This document shows positions 59,608 through 64,000 of a DNA stretch of 64,000 nucleotides, one piece after another. The DNA comes from Verrucomicrobiia bacterium. Its GTDB lineage: Bacteria > Verrucomicrobiota > Verrucomicrobiia > JABWAM01. A program made the position numbers and the translations under genes. The notes under the pieces are model-generated. The model saw nothing but the letters and a program-made list of their open reading frames with translations, was not told the origin of the DNA and did not search any database. The stretch lies in contig JADZFN010000012.1 in NCBI GenBank assembly GCA_020849895.1, positions 7,258 to 71,257 of the forward strand, read 5' to 3'. How positions within the stretch are numbered: position 1 is the stretch's first letter; every line of letters starts with the position of its first letter.

Positions 59608-60324
59608 TCACGTTTCCTCCACAACCTCCGTAAGGGCAAATTTCTTCTCGTAAAGCGCCTTGCCGACGATCACGCCTTCCAGGTTGGCGTGGCGCAGCCC
59701 TTGGATCGCGCGCACATCGTCCAGCGTGCCGACACCGCCGGAGGCGACGACGAAACCGGGCACCGACACACAAACCCGCCCGATGCTGGAGAGCGGCGGG
59801 CCGCGCATCGTGCCGTCGGTCGCCACATCGGTAAAGACAAAACGGGTTGCGCCCATCGCGCCGGCCTTTCTCGCAAACTCGAAGGCATCCACCGCGGTCG
59901 TCTGCGTCCAACCCTGCACGGCGATCTTGCCGTCGCGCGCATCAATCCCGACCACGATCCGGTCGCTGAACTCCGCCAGCATCCGGTCGAGGAACGGTTC
60001 TGAGAGCGCTTTCGTGCCGAGGACCACACGCGCCACCCCGGCGCCGAGCGCGCGTTCGACGGCGTCGCGCGTGCGCAGGCCGCCGCCGAGCTGCACCGCA
60101 CAGCGAACGGCCGAGCAGATGCGCGAAATCCACTCCAGATTCTTCTGCTTCCCGCTGAAGGCCCCGTCGAGATCCACGACGTGCAGGATCGTGGCGCCCT
60201 GCGCCTCCCAATGGCGCGCCATCGCAACGGGATCCTGGGAATACACGGTGACCTCCTCGGCGCGCCCTTGGCGAAGCCGCACGCATTGGCCCTCTTTCAG
60301 ATCAATGGCGGGGATCACGAACAT
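59608..60324 (-). CDS. hisA: phosphoribosylformimino-5-aminoimidazole carboxamide ribotide isomerase
   Basis: [17 protein letters not shown] ... VVDLDGA ... GGGLR ... (beta/alpha)8 HisA blocks. Confidence 0.85.
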   Translation of the reverse strand: MFVIPAIDLKEGQCVRLRQGRAEEVTVYSQDPVAMARHWEAQGATILHVVDLDGAFSGKQKNLEWISRICSAVRCAVQLGGGLRTRDAVERALGAGVARVVLGTKALSEPFLDRMLAEFSDRIVVGIDARDGKIAVQGWTQTTAVDAFEFARKAGAMGATRFVFTDVATDGTMRGPPLSSIGRVCVSVPGFVVASGGVGTLDDVRAIQGLRHANLEGVIVGKALYEKKFALTEVVEET

Positions 60325-60586
60325 GGCGACAGCTTCGGGAATCGCCGCGCCAATTTCGAGGGAAATCCTGCGGAAGGCGCACGGGCGGCCGCGCCGGGGA
60401 GTGCGCGGAGGGTTTTGGGAAAATTAATTGGCTTCCGCCCTTTCGGCGGCCGGCGCCTCATTTCCTTGCCGCCGTTCCCGCTCCTCATTCATCCAACCGG
60501 GCCCGCGAATTTTCCGCAGTCGGATCTCGGACAAGGCCTTTGCGCTCCCGCCTCTGTGAGGCCGATGATCCACTCCAGCAGGCGGA

Positions 60587-61375
60587 TCAGGCCCGCAGGT
60601 GCGCGAGGAGGGCGCGCGTGGCGCTCTCGACGTCGGAACGGCGCATGAGGCCTTCTCCGACGAGAACGGCGCTCGCGCCGGCGGCACGGACACGACGGAG
60701 GTCCTCGTCGCGCCCGAGGCCGCTTTCGCTCACGACGATCCGGTCGCGCGGAACGCGCGGGGCAAGCGTTTCGGTCACCGAGAGATCCACCTTGAAGGTC
60801 TTCAGGTTCCGGTTGTTGATTCCGAGGACCGACGCGTTCGCCTGGAGCGCGGCGTCGAGCTCGCGGCCATCGTGCACCTCGACGATCGCGTCGAGCCCCG
60901 CCGCGCGCGCGATTTCGAGAAGGCGGACCAGTTCGCGATGGAGCAGCGCGGCAACGATGAGCAGGATCGCGTCCGCGCCGGCGGCGCGCGCCTCCCAGAC
61001 CTGATATTCGGAGATGATGAAGTCCTTGCGGAGGCAAGGGAGCGTCGTCGCGGCGCGAGCGGCGCGAAGGTGGTCGAGATGCCCGTGGAAATAGGCCTCG
61101 TCGGTGAGCACGGAAAGGGCGTTGGCGCCGCCGCGTTCATAGGCGGCGGCGAGCGCGGCGGGGTCGAAGTCGGAGCGGATCGTTCCCGCGGAGGGAGAAG
61201 CTCGCTTGATCTCGGCAATGAGGGCGAGGCCGTTCGAGGCGCGGAGGGCGGCGGCGAACGGGCGCGCCGCACCGCGCGGATCGGGAAGGGCGCGAAGCCT
61301 TCCCAGAGGAAGCGTCCGGGAGCGCGTCGCAACCTCGGCGCGTTTCGTCTCCAGGATTTTCTCGAGAAAGTTCAT
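60587..61375 (-). CDS. trpC: indole-3-glycerol phosphate synthase
   Basis: LIAEIKRASPSAG, LRKDFII and ESGL blocks. Confidence 0.85.
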   Translation of the reverse strand: MNFLEKILETKRAEVATRSRTLPLGRLRALPDPRGAARPFAAALRASNGLALIAEIKRASPSAGTIRSDFDPAALAAAYERGGANALSVLTDEAYFHGHLDHLRAARAATTLPCLRKDFIISEYQVWEARAAGADAILLIVAALLHRELVRLLEIARAAGLDAIVEVHDGRELDAALQANASVLGINNRNLKTFKVDLSVTETLAPRVPRDRIVVSESGLGRDEDLRRVRAAGASAVLVGEGLMRRSDVESATRALLAHLRA

Positions 61376-61441
61376 TGTCGAAAAAGGCGCGGGCGGCGCC
61401 GGAAAGGAATTGCCATGAGAACCCGTCCTTCGGCAAGGCCC

Positions 61442-62579
61442 TCAATCCTCCTCTTCGGCGTCGGCGGCGGCGGCCTTCTTCCCTTTGAGCGAGGCCTCGA
61501 TGAAGGGCTGGATTTCGCCATCGAGCACGCCCTGAACGTTGCTGGTGTGCTCTCCCGTGCGGCGGTCTTTCACGAGCTGGTAGGGCTGGAGGACGTAGGA
61601 GCGGATGTGCTGTCCGAAGGCGATGTCGCCTTTCTCGCTGTAGTGCCGCTCGATCTCGGCGCGCTTCTTGTCCATCTCGATCTCGTGGAGGCGCGCCTTG
61701 AGGATCCGCATGGCGGTCACCCGGTTTTTCTGCTGGGAGCGCTCGTTTTGGCAGGCGACGACAATCCCCGTGGGAAGATGGGTGAGGCGGACGGCGGAAT
61801 CGGTCTTGTTCACGTGCTGGCCGCCGGCGCCGCTGGAGCGGTAGGTGTCTACGCGGAGGTCCTTGTCCAGAATCTCGATCTCGATGTCGTCCTCCATCTC
61901 AGCGAGGACGTCGAGCGAAGCAAACGAGGTGTGGCGGCGCGCGTTCGAGTCGAACGGCGAAATCCGCACGAGGCGATGGACGCCTCGTTCGGTTTTGAGA
62001 TAACCGTAAGCGTTCGGCCCGCGGACGATGAAGGTGACGTTCTTGAGCCCCGCCCCCTCGCCGGGAAGGGCCTCGGTGACTTCGACCTCGAATCCGTGGC
62101 GCTCGCAGTAGCGGCGGTACATGCGGAAAATCATGTCGGCCCAGTCGAAGGCCTCCGTGCCGCCCGCGCCCGAGTGGATGCTGAGGATGGCGTTTCGGGC
62201 GTCTTCGGGACGGGCGAGGAGCAGGGCGAGCTCGAAATCTCCGAGGAGGCGGCGGGCCTCGCCGAGCTCGCGCGAGGCCTCTTCGAAGAGCTTGGCCGAA
62301 TCGGACGACTCGGGATCGGCCTGAATCAGTTCGGCGTAGGCGGCAAGGTCCGCGAGGCGGCGCTGGAGGTCCTCGTAACGCGTGAGCCGGTCTTTAATCG
62401 CGCTGATCTCAGAAGTCGTTTCCTTCGCCTTCTTCGGAGCGTCCCAAAAGCCGGGCTCCGCCATCCGTCCTTCGAGCTGCGCGACGCGCGATTTCAGTTT
62501 GGCGACGTCAAAGAAACCTCCGAAGGTCGCTCAGGCGGTTTTCCAAGGCGGTGATCTCGGGTCGAAGATCGCTGATCAT
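61442..62579 (-). CDS. prfB: peptide chain release factor 2, expressed via programmed +1 ribosomal frameshift
   Basis: Frame-0 leader begins at the ATG at 62579 (MISDLRPEITALENRLSDLRRFL) and ends at an in-frame TGA (62510-62508). The main body resumes in the +1 frame (DVAKLKSRVAQLEGRMAEPGFWD...) and contains the GGQ motif SGAGGQHVNKTDSAVR. Confidence 0.85.
62508..62522 (-). other. RF2 autoregulatory +1 frameshift site: AGG-spacer-CTT TGA C (minus strand: cggAGGtttCTTTGAC)
   Basis: Canonical CUU UGA C slippery/stop context with an upstream SD-like AGG, 3 nt 5' of CTT. Confidence 0.8.
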
Positions 62580-62744
62580 GCAGCGAGCCTAACGGCTCCC
62601 CATCCCGGAGGCAACCTCGGGCGAGATGGAGGCGCGGCCGAGAGTCGGAGGCCGCTCGAAAACGACGAAAAAAAACAAGGAGCCGGAGATCGCGCAGAGA
62701 CGCGAGTCCTCCCGTCGCCCGTCTCCTGTCTCGCGTCTCTTCTC

Positions 62745-64000
62745 CTACTTGGCGGGGAGGATGGCCGGCGCGGTTTTCTCCGCCTCGTCGTGGAGAGAGC
62801 TCCGTCGGAAAAGGGGGATGCGATCGAGCACCTTTTCCTGAAAGGTTTCCAACTCGAGGAAGATCACCGGCGTGAGATAAAGCGTGATCACTTGCGAGAC
62901 CACGAGGCCGCCGACGATGCAGAGGCCGAGAGGACGGCGGGATTCACCGTCGCTTCCATAACCGAGCGCGATCGGGACCGCGCCCATGAGAGCGGCGAAC
63001 GTCGTCATGAGGATCGGACGGAGGCGTTCCATGCAGGCTTCCTTGGTGGCCGCGACACGATCGAGGCCCTCGTTCATTCGATGGAGGGCGAAGTCCACGA
63101 TCATGATGCCGTTTTTCTTCACGATCCCCATGAGGAGGAAGAGGCCGACGTCGGCGTAGAGTGACAGCTCCGAGCGGAAGATCCACAGCGTCAACAGCCC
63201 CCCGAGGGTGGCGACGAAGAGGCCGGAGAGCACCGTGAGCGGGTGGACATAGCTCTCGTAGAGAATGCCGAGCAGGACATACATGACGAAGATGGCCACC
63301 ACGCCCATGACCATCAGAGACCGCACCGCTTCGGAGAAGGTCTGGGCTTCTCCCATGAAGGCGCGGATCAGGGTCGGATCCAAAATCTGATCCGCAAGTT
63401 TCGTGATTTTCGCGGTGACTTCCCCGATGGAGGCGTGCGGCGACAGGTCGAAGAAAATCGTCGTCGCGTCGAACTGGTTGATATGGTTGACCGACTGGGG
63501 GCCGAGCGTGGGGCGCCATTCGGCGACGGCCTCGATGGGAACCAGGCTGCCGCTTGAGGAATTGAGCCAGAGGAGCGCGAGGTCCTCGGGGCGCCTGCTG
63601 AAGGCGTCGTCCACCTCGACAATCACCTGATACTGCTGAAGAGGCTCCTTGATGAGATAGGTGTAATTTTGGGAATAGGCATTGCGGAGGGCGCCCTCGA
63701 CGGCGCCGGCGGTGACGCCGTAGGTGGAGGCGGGATCGCGTTTGAGCTCCACCGCCAGCCGCGGGGTGTTCAGATGGAGGTCGGAGGACGCGAGAGTGAC
63801 TCCCGGAATTTTCCGGATTTCGTCCAAGAGTTTCGAAGCCCCATCGTACACCTTGTTGCGGTCGGTGCCCGAGATGGCGAAGGCGTATTTGCCCTGGTTT
63901 TGAGCGGTGGCGCCGGTGCTGATCGAGAGCACCGGATTGGGGCGAATCGCGGGAAAAACCCCAGGAATCGCGAACAAATCTCGGGCCAGTTGATCCGAGA
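62745..64000 (-). CDS. RND family efflux transporter permease (AcrB/HAE1-like), C-terminal part; gene continues past window end
   Basis: C-terminal TM bundle and periplasmic docking blocks typical of AcrB (VMGVVAIFVMYVLLGILYESYVHPLTVLSGL ... GSDGESRRPLGLCIVGGLVVSQVITLYLTPV). Confidence 0.75.
   Translation of the reverse strand, partial: SDQLARDLFAIPGVFPAIRPNPVLSISTGATAQNQGKYAFAISGTDRNKVYDGASKLLDEIRKIPGVTLASSDLHLNTPRLAVELKRDPASTYGVTAGAVEGALRNAYSQNYTYLIKEPLQQYQVIVEVDDAFSRRPEDLALLWLNSSSGSLVPIEAVAEWRPTLGPQSVNHINQFDATTIFFDLSPHASIGEVTAKITKLADQILDPTLIRAFMGEAQTFSEAVRSLMVMGVVAIFVMYVLLGILYESYVHPLTVLSGLFVATLGGLLTLWIFRSELSLYADVGLFLLMGIVKKNGIMIVDFALHRMNEGLDRVAATKEACMERLRPILMTTFAALMGAVPIALGYGSDGESRRPLGLCIVGGLVVSQVITLYLTPVIFLELETFQEKVLDRIPLFRRSSLHDEAEKTAPAILPAK

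Overview
64-kb window of a high-GC (~65-68 %) bacterial chromosome. The gene content (prepilin-type H-X9-DG proteins, a PEP-CTERM protein, several heparinase II/III-like lyases, tightly coupled ATGA/GTGA/TAATG gene junctions, weak Shine-Dalgarno usage) points to a Verrucomicrobiota/PVC-type organism; this is an inference. Nearly all long antisense ORFs in the supplied track are GC-shadow artefacts. Positions 1-25.9 kb form an accessory carbohydrate-degradation supercluster of two convergent gene blocks. The plus-strand block holds a partial secreted beta-propeller protein, a Hepar_II_III-like lyase and a GH88/105-like hydrolase. The minus-strand block, read in transcription order, holds an AraC regulator, a Gfo/Idh/MocA oxidoreductase, a 1426-aa secreted Hepar_II_III-like lyase, GH28, a PEP-CTERM protein, an H-X9-DG pseudopilin, a beta-propeller protein, a LamG-like secreted protein, a Hepar_II_III-like lyase, a second H-X9-DG pseudopilin and a second beta-propeller protein. 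The two blocks meet at a REP-associated tyrosine transposase (RAYT) flanked by REPIN palindromes. The cluster abuts the 3' end of a tRNA-Gln gene. The striking recurrent feature is the pair of a prepilin-like H-X9-DG protein followed by a secreted beta-propeller paralog. One copy is translationally coupled to a PEP-CTERM surface protein. An 18-bp motif is shared by two operon promoter regions at the same distance from the start codons. Positions 26-64 kb are core housekeeping genes: aroK, polX, typA, pilT, leuC, a class-III aminotransferase, def, proC, an NAD-epimerase, ribE, thiG, clpB, hisA, trpC, prfB with its programmed +1 frameshift, and the 3' part of an RND pump. Three less usual modules sit among them: a pilT-linked REC/DUF4388/pseudokinase/FGE-sulfatase-domain signalling protein, a sugar ABC importer with a fused binding-protein/permease plus a coupled zinc-ribbon transglutaminase-like protein, and a DUF2723 GT-C-like/Dpm1-like glycosylation module.
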